From an uncultured cyanobacterium (lineage in GTDB: Bacteria > Cyanobacteriota > Cyanobacteriia > Leptolyngbyales > Leptolyngbyaceae), in contig CAVYAN010000048.1 in the NCBI GenBank assembly GCA_963766075.1, positions 1 to 64,000 of the forward strand: a stretch of 64,000 nucleotides of DNA, written 5' to 3'. Made by a program: the position numbers and the translations under genes. Positions 31,392 to 39,724 of this stretch are shown one piece after another; positions within the stretch are counted from its first letter, which is position 1, and each line of letters opens with the position of its first letter. The notes below the pieces were generated by a model. That model was given only the letters and a program-made list of their open reading frames with translations, was not told the DNA's origin and did no database searches.

Positions 31392-31410
31392 GGGTTTAGA
31401 GGGGGTAGGG

Positions 31411-31851
31411 TTAGGAGGGGGAAAGGATGTAGTCCTGGATGATGTCAACAATTGCGGCCTCGTCAGCATCGCTAATCCCGAGGTATTTCCGCTTGTAGAC
31501 ACCGATGCCAAGTTGGTGTTTTGGTGCGTAGCCCATATTTGAGCCAACTGCCACGCTGGATTCATCAGCTTGATAGTTGATGCTTGCTCTGAGCCGCCCA
31601 GTCGCCTGCAAAATCTTGAGGATTTGCCGGTTCTCCCGCTTCTCACGCAATCGACGGGCACTTAAGGGTTTCCAGGGTACCCCTGACGGATCAACCTCTT
31701 GCTCGAAGCGATCATCAGTGGACAGCAGCATGTACTCGCCAATATCAACCATCGCTGGCCGCAGGTTTTGGCACCGCTGACTGAATTCAATCAGCGCTTG
31801 CCGGACGGCGCGGTTGTCGCAGGCGATCGAGACGAAGGGGGATGTGGACAC
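31411..31851 (-). CDS. Virion morphogenesis protein (Mu gpG-like)
   Basis: RFEQEVDPSGVPWKPLS, ILQATGRLRASI, VGSNMGYAPKHQLG, RKYLGIS. Confidence 0.85.
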   Translation of the reverse strand: MSTSPFVSIACDNRAVRQALIEFSQRCQNLRPAMVDIGEYMLLSTDDRFEQEVDPSGVPWKPLSARRLREKRENRQILKILQATGRLRASINYQADESSVAVGSNMGYAPKHQLGIGVYKRKYLGISDADEAAIVDIIQDYILSPS

Positions 31852-31873
31852 GGAGAGTTAGACGAACATGCTT

Positions 31874-32521
31874 TTAAACTTCCCCAGACCCAGGCAAACG
31901 GAACGAAGGCGCGATCGCACCGCCCTCAGACGTGGTGAAGTAACGCGCATCCTCGCTCTGCGGGTCTATTTCCCGCCGAATCCACTTCTGGTTCAGCAGC
32001 TCCTTTAGGACGGCCTGAACGGTATCGTCGCTGTCCTGAGGGGTGTTCTCCGGGAAGTCAAGCAGACTGGAACTGCCTGACGCAATGATCCGAGACACCA
32101 GCTCCAGCAAGGCAACTTCACGAACACCAGGGCGCTCAGCAATCATCAGCAGCAAAATCCCCTGGAGATGCTGATGACCCTCTTCCGTGAGCGCTAAGAG
32201 AACTTGATCCTCAAGGTGAAGAAACTGCCTGCCTTCTCGGTCAATCTCGGCAACACCAATCTCAGTCAGGTTAAATGTCTCTCGGTTGAATGCCCGACCT
32301 TCCGCGATGACAATTTCACTGTCCTTTCGGATCAGCCTTCTACTGGTAAGTTGTTCAACCAGATACCTGATTTTTTCGTAATAGTCTTCACAACAAAATC
32401 CGCCTCTCTGAATCATGATTTCAATACGCTCCAGGATCTCCTCAAGTGTAATATTAGAGCGGTTTTTGAGTATCAAGAGAATGGCGTATGACAGCGTGCT
32501 TTCATTAAGTTCGGTGTTCAT
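31874..32521 (-). CDS. Tandem winged-helix-like protein
   Basis: Two wHTH-like halves ending FNLTEIG and YFTTSEG. Confidence 0.5.
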   Translation of the reverse strand: MNTELNESTLSYAILLILKNRSNITLEEILERIEIMIQRGGFCCEDYYEKIRYLVEQLTSRRLIRKDSEIVIAEGRAFNRETFNLTEIGVAEIDREGRQFLHLEDQVLLALTEEGHQHLQGILLLMIAERPGVREVALLELVSRIIASGSSSLLDFPENTPQDSDDTVQAVLKELLNQKWIRREIDPQSEDARYFTTSEGGAIAPSFRLPGSGEV

Positions 32522-32541
32522 TGTTTGTTCTATGATTCCTA

Positions 32542-33255
32542 TTAGTTTTCCCTATTCTTGCGGTCGTTTTCTTCAATGATTTGTTGAAGCTTTTTGTCAA
32601 GGGCTTGCATCTTTTTCTGATAAAAGTACTGCCGTTGCCCTGGAATATTAGGCTGATAGTCCCAGCCTGGATCGGCAATCGTTGCCGGATCCGGAGGAAC
32701 GCCCACCGACAACCCCAGCCGCCGCAAGTCGCGATCGCTCACGGCGTAGGCGGCACACCGGCAGCCAAACCCGCAGCTCGGGAAAGCCTTTAACCAGAAT
32801 GGGTCATCAGCCCTGAACACCTGGCGGTGCAAGGCCAAGTGCAGTGGGCGAGGCACGCGGGAATCGCGGTGCTTCCACATCAGGTAAGGGCGAGCTGTGG
32901 CCACATCCGGATCCCGTACCTGCTCGTAGCGGCCCTGACGCTGCACGCTACGGATGTTGTTCTCCAAGATGAACTTTCCGCGATCGCGCCCCTCAGTCCA
33001 CCCGCGATCGCTGACAAGCTGCTCAAACTCCTCAACAAAATTCTCAGTGGACTTGCCTTGGGCAAACGCCTGGTCAATCAGGGTCAAAATGTCCTGCAAC
33101 AAATCCCCTTGGGTCAGCCCAGCCACCGTAAATGCCCAGTTCTGGGACTCTCCCGAAAACTCCCGCCAGTCTTTGGCAGGCATAGGAACCTTTTTCCGCA
33201 GAGCTTTCAACGCCTCGGAAAATACAAGCTGCAAATAATCCGGAATTTCGGCCAT
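32542..33255 (-). CDS. Phage head morphogenesis protein (Mu gpF/MuF), short form
   Basis: AFTVAG, RPYLMW, RPLHLALH...DDPFW...PSCGFGCRC, DPGWDYQP. Confidence 0.9.
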   Translation of the reverse strand: MAEIPDYLQLVFSEALKALRKKVPMPAKDWREFSGESQNWAFTVAGLTQGDLLQDILTLIDQAFAQGKSTENFVEEFEQLVSDRGWTEGRDRGKFILENNIRSVQRQGRYEQVRDPDVATARPYLMWKHRDSRVPRPLHLALHRQVFRADDPFWLKAFPSCGFGCRCAAYAVSDRDLRRLGLSVGVPPDPATIADPGWDYQPNIPGQRQYFYQKKMQALDKKLQQIIEENDRKNREN

Positions 33256-33259
33256 GGTT

Positions 33260-36200
33260 TTACCTGCGATCGCCCGCGATCGCTTTACGTTTGGGATTTA
33301 ATCTGTAAGAATCAAAAGAAGCACATTTGTGATCACCACGCTTTGTAGAAGGAAACTTGTTTGTGATAAGGGCGTCTAAATCCTTCTGCAAAGCGGCCTT
33401 TTCTGCCTCCAGTCGATCTGTTGAGACACCTTTTTTCTGCCCCCGTGCCGCCGCTTCCTGCCGCTTCAGGATTTGTTGAGTTAGCGCTCCGATGCGGGAT
33501 TGCAGATTACTAATCTGAGCTTTTGCCACACTGGTCTGCGCTGCCGTCGCCGCCCGTCGCTTCAACCGTTCCTCCGTTTCTGGGGCGGCTGTGGCTGAGA
33601 TGTCGTACTCCTGCAAGGTTCGCAATTGGCGAGCTTTTGCCCGCGCTGCTGCAACTTCTTCGCCAAGCATCTCCACCGTCAAAGCCTTCCCGTTCACATC
33701 AAAAACAGGCGGGGTTTGGGCGTCTTTGGCAAGGCGATCGCGCACTGCATCTAAATCCACCAAAAGCTCACCCGCAGCTCGGGCAGTTTGGGCATGAGCC
33801 GACTGAATGTCGTCAATCATGGCCTGATTGGCGATGCGATAGGGCTGCAACAGACTATTCCCCTCCAGGGGGACCGCCATTTCCTGTGCTGTCTTCCGGA
33901 GGTCAGCCACCAGCTTCTGGGATTGCTCGCGGCCCTGGATTACGGCAGTCTTTTGGAGTTCGCTAACTTCGGCGTGCTTGACGCTGGCCAACCCCTGCCA
34001 CTTTCGAGAAATCTCTAGAGGGTACTGGGCTCGCTTTTCAATCTCGGCGGCATCCCCTTCAATGCGGGCATGGAGCCGCGCCAAAACGTAGGAACGGAAC
34101 TTGGCCGCTTCCTCCACCGATTGAATGCTGGCCGTCCCCGACTCCTTCTTGTATTGGTTGAGCGTCAGCTCCAGACCGCTGGGCATCTCCTGTGACTTGC
34201 CCGTCACCCACTTAATCCCGTCACGCCCGCCCATGGCTTCCATGTAGGCCAAGCTCTGCTGCATACGAATCTGCTGCCGTTCTAGCCACGATTCCGTACT
34301 GCGGATCGAGAATTGGCGCTCGCTATCGTGCTGTTCGGCCATTGCCGATATTTCGACTTGGTTCGCTTCAATCGCTTTCACGTTGGCATTGTGACGCTCG
34401 GCTTGCTTGGCAATCCGGCTCGGCAGCTCTCCCTGCAAGGCTCTGATTTTCTCCACAGCGGCATACTGGGCCTTCTGCTCTGGGCTGAGCTGGCTTAGGC
34501 GAGTGGGCAGCTCAGCCACCCGCGTTTTCATATCGGCAATGGTTCCCTTGGCCGCTTCCAGCCTTTGAGGCGCATCCCGCAGGGTGGCCGCTTCGTCGCG
34601 CAAGCCTGTGAGCTGCAACCGCTGCTCCTGCAATGCCTTCAACTCATTCCGATCCGATGGCTTGGACTGCCCGAGCAAGCGAGCTTGCACGCTGGCTTCT
34701 GCTTCCTGGATGCGTTTTAGTTGAGCATCGATGCTGGCGATCGCTCCCTCAACCCGCTCGGCATGGCGTTCCGGGGACTTGCCCGCCGCCAGCACCTTGG
34801 ATTGCAGCCCTGGTAGGAAGCGATCGGCCTTGGCGATCGCTCGGTTCAGTTCGGGAACCTCCTTCGCCGCCGTTTTGAAGTAGTCCGTCGCCAAGGGATT
34901 CATCATCTGCCGTTTCAGTAGCTCGGCGCGGGACAGCTTTGCCTGAAGCTCATCGACAACCTTGGGATTGGCCGGGGATTCTGCCAACGCCCTGGCCCGC
35001 CCGCCGAGAACGGAGTGCTTCCGGAATAGCTGATCGCTTGCCCGCTCAATCTCTGTCCTGAGCGGCAGGAACGTCTTTGGCGGCTTAGCCGGTGCCGGTG
35101 CGGGTTCCGGTTTTGCCGCTTTTAAAGACGGCGGAGTTACAGGGGGGGTGGGAGCGGGAGGCGGCTCTGGCGGGCGAACGCGGGAAAGCAATTCCTCCAT
35201 CTGCGATCGCCCGCGCTTAGGCAGTTTCACCCCTACCCCCGGCGCTGGCGGCGTGATTAATGTGGGATTTTCCGTGGCGATCGCAGGGTTACGGGGCGAT
35301 CGCTTAGGGGCTGGAGCACCCCCTGGCGGTAACAAGAGAGGATCACCCGTGGGGGTGGGCGGCGCGGGCGGGCGAACACGAGCCAGCAACTCAGTCATGG
35401 GCGATCGCCCTTTCTTGGGCAGCTCCACCCCCGCCCCCGGCGCTGGCGGCGTGATTAGTGTGGGGTTTTCTCCGGCGATCGCGGGCTTGCGGGGCGATCG
35501 CCGGGACTTGGACGTTGGTGCACTCCCTGGTGGCAGCAGCCGAGGCCCACCCCCACGGGTAGGGGGTGCCTCTGGGGTTGGATCAGACTGGCGAAGCATT
35601 TCACGCACGCGCTCTAGTGGCCCCGCCTTCTTCTGTTTAGGAGCAGGCTCAGGAAGGCTGCTCATGAAGGGTTCTGAGGTTTCTCTAGAGGGTGGTTCTT
35701 GGGGTGTGGTGGTACCCTCTAGAGAAACTCCCAATTGCTGGGCTAGACTGCGATGGCGCGTCATCTCACTAGGCTCTGGCGATCCTGGTAACGGTGGCAC
35801 CACCGGCGTGGGAGTAGCGGGCTGTCTTGCCGCCTCCACAAGGCTGCGAAGGCGCTCCGTGATGTCTGCGCCGGGGAGCTTCCTTTGGGCGGGTAGCGAG
35901 GGTTCTGGACTGCTGGGCTTTGGCGGGGGTGGCGGGGGTTCTGGGGATGATGCCTGCGGGGGTGGATCGGGGGGTTGAGTTGGTGGGGGTGGCGGGGCTT
36001 CTGGGGATTTGAAGGTGCTGGAACCGCCGCCGCTGGATGCCGCGATCGCCAGTCCTACCCCCGTTGCCACCGCTGCCACGCCCAGTGCTGCCGCGACACT
36101 GCCAACGGCGATCGCCCCACGCTGGGGCTTTTCTCCGCTCAGTAGCCGCTTGGCCACTTGCTGCTGTTGGGGGGAGAACGCCTTGGTGCATTTGAACCCT

Positions 36201-36469
36201 TTGGCAATGCAGCCCTCACCACAGGGATTGCTGTTCTCGCAGTCTGGCTTGCGATCGCCCCGAACCTGACTGAGGCCCGCCAAATACTTGGCTTGGCTAT
36301 CCGTTTGCTCAATGGCGATGCCGTCTTGAGTGAGCCGAAACTGACAGACTTCGCCGCCTTGGTCAAAATAGCCCGTCAGCGCATCCGACTGGCTGTCGAG
36401 TCGAAAAAAGTATTCAGGGGTCAATCCTGATGCATCTGTGACCAGGCTCATTAGTTCGGTGACGATCAT
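33260..36469 (-). CDS. RxD/C4-leader protein with Pro-rich repeats and long coiled coil
   Basis: RGDRKPDC-x5-C-x3-C-x6-C, hydrophobic helix, duplicated ~65-aa Pro-rich unit, coiled coil. Confidence 0.75.
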   Translation of the reverse strand: MIVTELMSLVTDASGLTPEYFFRLDSQSDALTGYFDQGGEVCQFRLTQDGIAIEQTDSQAKYLAGLSQVRGDRKPDCENSNPCGEGCIAKGFKCTKAFSPQQQQVAKRLLSGEKPQRGAIAVGSVAAALGVAAVATGVGLAIAASSGGGSSTFKSPEAPPPPPTQPPDPPPQASSPEPPPPPPKPSSPEPSLPAQRKLPGADITERLRSLVEAARQPATPTPVVPPLPGSPEPSEMTRHRSLAQQLGVSLEGTTTPQEPPSRETSEPFMSSLPEPAPKQKKAGPLERVREMLRQSDPTPEAPPTRGGGPRLLPPGSAPTSKSRRSPRKPAIAGENPTLITPPAPGAGVELPKKGRSPMTELLARVRPPAPPTPTGDPLLLPPGGAPAPKRSPRNPAIATENPTLITPPAPGVGVKLPKRGRSQMEELLSRVRPPEPPPAPTPPVTPPSLKAAKPEPAPAPAKPPKTFLPLRTEIERASDQLFRKHSVLGGRARALAESPANPKVVDELQAKLSRAELLKRQMMNPLATDYFKTAAKEVPELNRAIAKADRFLPGLQSKVLAAGKSPERHAERVEGAIASIDAQLKRIQEAEASVQARLLGQSKPSDRNELKALQEQRLQLTGLRDEAATLRDAPQRLEAAKGTIADMKTRVAELPTRLSQLSPEQKAQYAAVEKIRALQGELPSRIAKQAERHNANVKAIEANQVEISAMAEQHDSERQFSIRSTESWLERQQIRMQQSLAYMEAMGGRDGIKWVTGKSQEMPSGLELTLNQYKKESGTASIQSVEEAAKFRSYVLARLHARIEGDAAEIEKRAQYPLEISRKWQGLASVKHAEVSELQKTAVIQGREQSQKLVADLRKTAQEMAVPLEGNSLLQPYRIANQAMIDDIQSAHAQTARAAGELLVDLDAVRDRLAKDAQTPPVFDVNGKALTVEMLGEEVAAARAKARQLRTLQEYDISATAAPETEERLKRRAATAAQTSVAKAQISNLQSRIGALTQQILKRQEAAARGQKKGVSTDRLEAEKAALQKDLDALITNKFPSTKRGDHKCASFDSYRLNPKRKAIAGDRR

Positions 36470-38769
36470 TCGATTTCCTCTGCTAACTCATCTAAAATTT
36501 CGGCCCGCCCGCCGAGATACCCCAACTGCATGGACTGATTGAGCGCTTTGGCAAAGGGTTTGGCGTTGAGTTGGGTGTACAGTTCGGGCAGGCGATCGCG
36601 AATCTCAGGCAGGGTGGCCCCGGCTGCCGCTTGGGCTCTTAGCCACACTGAAATTTGTTGCCGCCATTCCCCGATCGCTTTGTTGATGTCGGCCACCGAG
36701 CGATCGGCGATCATCTCTGCCAAGTCCGGCCCATCGTTGGCATCTTCTCGGCTTGCTACAGGCTTGGTCTTTTTGGTGCGCGGCGATCGCCCCGTGGTTC
36801 GCCCCGTGGTTCGCCGCCGCCCATCGGTTCGCTCGGTGCGATATTGAGTCAACTCTTCTGCACTGGCTTCCTGAATTCCGCCAAACCGAGCGCGGCCCAT
36901 CGTTGCTAGGGTCAGCGATCGCGCCTCTTCGATGTCTTTGCAGTTGAAGATGTACTTTGTTTCATCGTGGAACAGGGTATCTGGGTCAACCTGGGCCACC
37001 TTGAAAACCTTGCTGGAATCGGGAGATGGCCCGATAAACACATCCCAGGCACGCCCATCTTCGGCGTGCCCATAGCTGCCCCTGATGCGGCCATAGGCCA
37101 TCGGCATGGAGCGGTTATGCCGCAAATCGCCCTTGTCATGGGTGATGTCCAAGGGAATCCCATTAATCATCTCAACGCGCTTGCGGGCGTCGGCGCTGTC
37201 CGTCTTTTGCGCCTGCGCATTGGGGTCAATCGGGTTCCCGTTTGCATCAACATTAGGGTCTTGCGCCTGGGCGTTGGGGTCTTGCGGTTGAGCATTTGGA
37301 TCGATGGGATTGCCATTTTCATCAGTCAGCCCGCCGAACTGAAACTCATTGGCCGCTTGAGCTTTCTGCCAAGCTTCATCGTCCAATGTTGTCTCAATTG
37401 AATAGCTGCTGCCACCAAACCGAGAGGCGCGAACTTCGTCCTTCAGCAGAACTCCCATGGCGACATAGGTGTTGTCTACGGCGGATTGAGACGATCGCGT
37501 GGCTAGCTTTTCCTCTTCGGTCTGCTCCATCAGAGGATTGAATTCAAAGTCTGCATCCTCGGGCATTTTGCCCTTGGTGGGGCCATCTTTGGCGAGCCAA
37601 ATTAGTTCGGCAATCTGTTCAACTTTGGAACGAAAGACAGATTCTTGAAACTGATTGACCATTTTTGCCCACGTCTTTTCCTCACTCTCTCCGGTTCCAC
37701 CCATGCCGCTCGGGCTTTCTCCAAACACGGTGGTGTGAGGCAATCCGCTGGCACCAACAATGTCGTCGCGCAGGCGATCGAGGATGTCGGCCAATCCTCC
37801 AAAGTTTCGGGAAACAAAGCTGGCACTTTCCCCATCTTTGTCCAGCACCAACCCCTTGAGATTTGACAGGGTTAATCGCAGGGATTTCAGGCGGTTTTTC
37901 AGCTTAAGAATGTCGGATTCCTTTTCCGACCCCAGCAGCTTCCCTAAGCCCTGCAAGGCGTAGATGAATACGTTGAAGTCCTGCATCATGCTGGACACGG
38001 ACTGAATGCCTACGTCATACCGACTAAACGAGTCCCAGATATTGTCGATGAGCGAGCCGCCCCAGTTCTCATTTACTTCCATCACTCGCGGCGGCAGTTC
38101 AAATCCGTCGAACCGAATCACGCGATCGGGGTGGAATTTAAGATCGGGTAGTGACAGCTCTCCGGAGCCCAGCAGAGTGCGTTTTTGGCGGGCGGTTAGG
38201 CGAGTAATGCTGACCAGCTCATAGAAATCAGGTTCTAGGGGATTGAAGGTGACCGTGGTGTTAGGCCGAATGTAGGTGCAATCGAGGGCTTCAATTGACA
38301 AAATAGAGCGGATCCCATCCCTGTTGATCGGCTCTGACGAAGGGCGGCCATCATCAACGTGCAAGATGATCGCCGCTCCTTTGTAAATGTTGGCCCACGT
38401 TTGGGCGCGTTTGAAATTTGCGGCAACTTTCAAACGTCGCTGGTATTTCTGGAATTTAGCGATCGCGTCGGGATCTGGAGAGTCGCCCAATGTTGGTTTT
38501 AGCCATTTCCGCGTAGCTTCAGACGGATAGGCATCGCAAATCCGTCTACAAATCCATGACGTTTCGTAAACCCGTTCCTTTGCCCGCTCAGTCAGTCGCT
38601 TGGTGGTACTGGAGGGCGCGTTGTGGACAGAAACATCATGGTCGGGATTGCCTATCCCACTCATGGCGTTCTCAACAGCCCCGTCTAGGCGAACCAGAGA
38701 TTCAACTGGGGAGACAAGTTCGCCGTCAATGGGCGGATCAAAGGGGGAAACTTCAGGCTGGTATGGCAT
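36466..38769 (-). CDS. Portal protein (DUF1073-type) with inserted InPase-like domain and Mu gp29-like C-terminal helices
   Basis: YETSWICRRICD, HPDRVIRFDG, LPHTTVFGESPSG, FNPL, EVR motifs; extension YGRIRGSYG...DG...DVFIGP...DETK. Confidence 0.85.
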   Translation of the reverse strand: MPYQPEVSPFDPPIDGELVSPVESLVRLDGAVENAMSGIGNPDHDVSVHNAPSSTTKRLTERAKERVYETSWICRRICDAYPSEATRKWLKPTLGDSPDPDAIAKFQKYQRRLKVAANFKRAQTWANIYKGAAIILHVDDGRPSSEPINRDGIRSILSIEALDCTYIRPNTTVTFNPLEPDFYELVSITRLTARQKRTLLGSGELSLPDLKFHPDRVIRFDGFELPPRVMEVNENWGGSLIDNIWDSFSRYDVGIQSVSSMMQDFNVFIYALQGLGKLLGSEKESDILKLKNRLKSLRLTLSNLKGLVLDKDGESASFVSRNFGGLADILDRLRDDIVGASGLPHTTVFGESPSGMGGTGESEEKTWAKMVNQFQESVFRSKVEQIAELIWLAKDGPTKGKMPEDADFEFNPLMEQTEEEKLATRSSQSAVDNTYVAMGVLLKDEVRASRFGGSSYSIETTLDDEAWQKAQAANEFQFGGLTDENGNPIDPNAQPQDPNAQAQDPNVDANGNPIDPNAQAQKTDSADARKRVEMINGIPLDITHDKGDLRHNRSMPMAYGRIRGSYGHAEDGRAWDVFIGPSPDSSKVFKVAQVDPDTLFHDETKYIFNCKDIEEARSLTLATMGRARFGGIQEASAEELTQYRTERTDGRRRTTGRTTGRSPRTKKTKPVASREDANDGPDLAEMIADRSVADINKAIGEWRQQISVWLRAQAAAGATLPEIRDRLPELYTQLNAKPFAKALNQSMQLGYLGGRAEILDELAEEIE

Positions 38770-38906
38770 GGCGGCTCAGTCATAGAGACTTGCCTAGGGT
38801 TCCCGACTTTGGTGTTGAGATTGGTCCAACCAAATCGAAATTTAGATTTTGGGCACTCTGAGAGCACTCGCCTTCGCGAACACTACTCTCTCTCCCTCTC
38901 AAAATA

Positions 38907-39707
38907 ATGACCAAGCAACTCTATACAACGATTTCAGGCTTAACTGATTCTTCGATCCGCAACGAAGATGGAACCTTGTTGGTACTGCCTACGGCTAGCG
39001 GCGCGGTGCTAAACCTGGGGACAAAGATTCAGGAAATCACTTCAATGTCTCGCCTGGGGCAAATCGTGGTGGTGGACACTTACCCCATGGAAAGCCGTCC
39101 AGAAATCAAGATGGACTGGACGCAGAAGAACCTCACCCTCTTGCAAATGCGCTTGGGCTTAGAATTCACCACCGGTTCGGCTACGGGCAAGCTGGTGAAC
39201 AACGGGTTTAAGGTGCTGAAGACCTCTTACCCTGCCGTGAGTTCTGGACAAGAAGGCTTCGGCGTTGACGCTGACTCCCCCACCGCGATCGCCTCCTACC
39301 TCAGCCCTGCTGATGTCTCCGTACCCTTGGACCGCGTGGCCTTCTCAAGCTTTGACGAAGAAAACACCCTGACCTTTGCCGTGGGCGATGATGCCGCCTT
39401 TAAGTGGTCTGGCGACTTGATTGGCAAGTATGTGGCCTATGAGCTGGATTACCCGCTGTCTAGCGTTATGCGCCTCTCGGATAATCCGATCAACAACTAC
39501 GCTCTGACCATGATGACGATCCTCACCGATCGCACCCTCCTGCAATGGGAATTCCCCAGCGTGTCTATCAAGCTGGACCAAGGGGACATCAACATGGGTG
39601 AGCCCAAGATGGAGCTGACCTTCCAAATCCAAGACGATGGCTCCTCCTGCATCCCCTTCAAAATCACCCACAAGGGCACCGCGCAGAAACGTCGGTGCAT
39701 CGTGTAG
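38907..39707 (+). CDS. Putative major tail tube protein
   Basis: 266 aa, beta-rich, tube-like C-terminus (WEFPSVSI...MELTFQI), followed by chaperone-like genes. Confidence 0.5.
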   Translation: MTKQLYTTISGLTDSSIRNEDGTLLVLPTASGAVLNLGTKIQEITSMSRLGQIVVVDTYPMESRPEIKMDWTQKNLTLLQMRLGLEFTTGSATGKLVNNGFKVLKTSYPAVSSGQEGFGVDADSPTAIASYLSPADVSVPLDRVAFSSFDEENTLTFAVGDDAAFKWSGDLIGKYVAYELDYPLSSVMRLSDNPINNYALTMMTILTDRTLLQWEFPSVSIKLDQGDINMGEPKMELTFQIQDDGSSCIPFKITHKGTAQKRRCIV

Positions 39708-39724
39708 TGAGCTAGAAGGTCGCT

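Noticed and set aside
36466..38769. Anti-CBASS Acb1 annotation sometimes given to DUF1073 proteins
   Set aside because: No paired HxT 2H-phosphoesterase motifs are seen in the extension. The core is a portal and the extra domain looks InPase-like.
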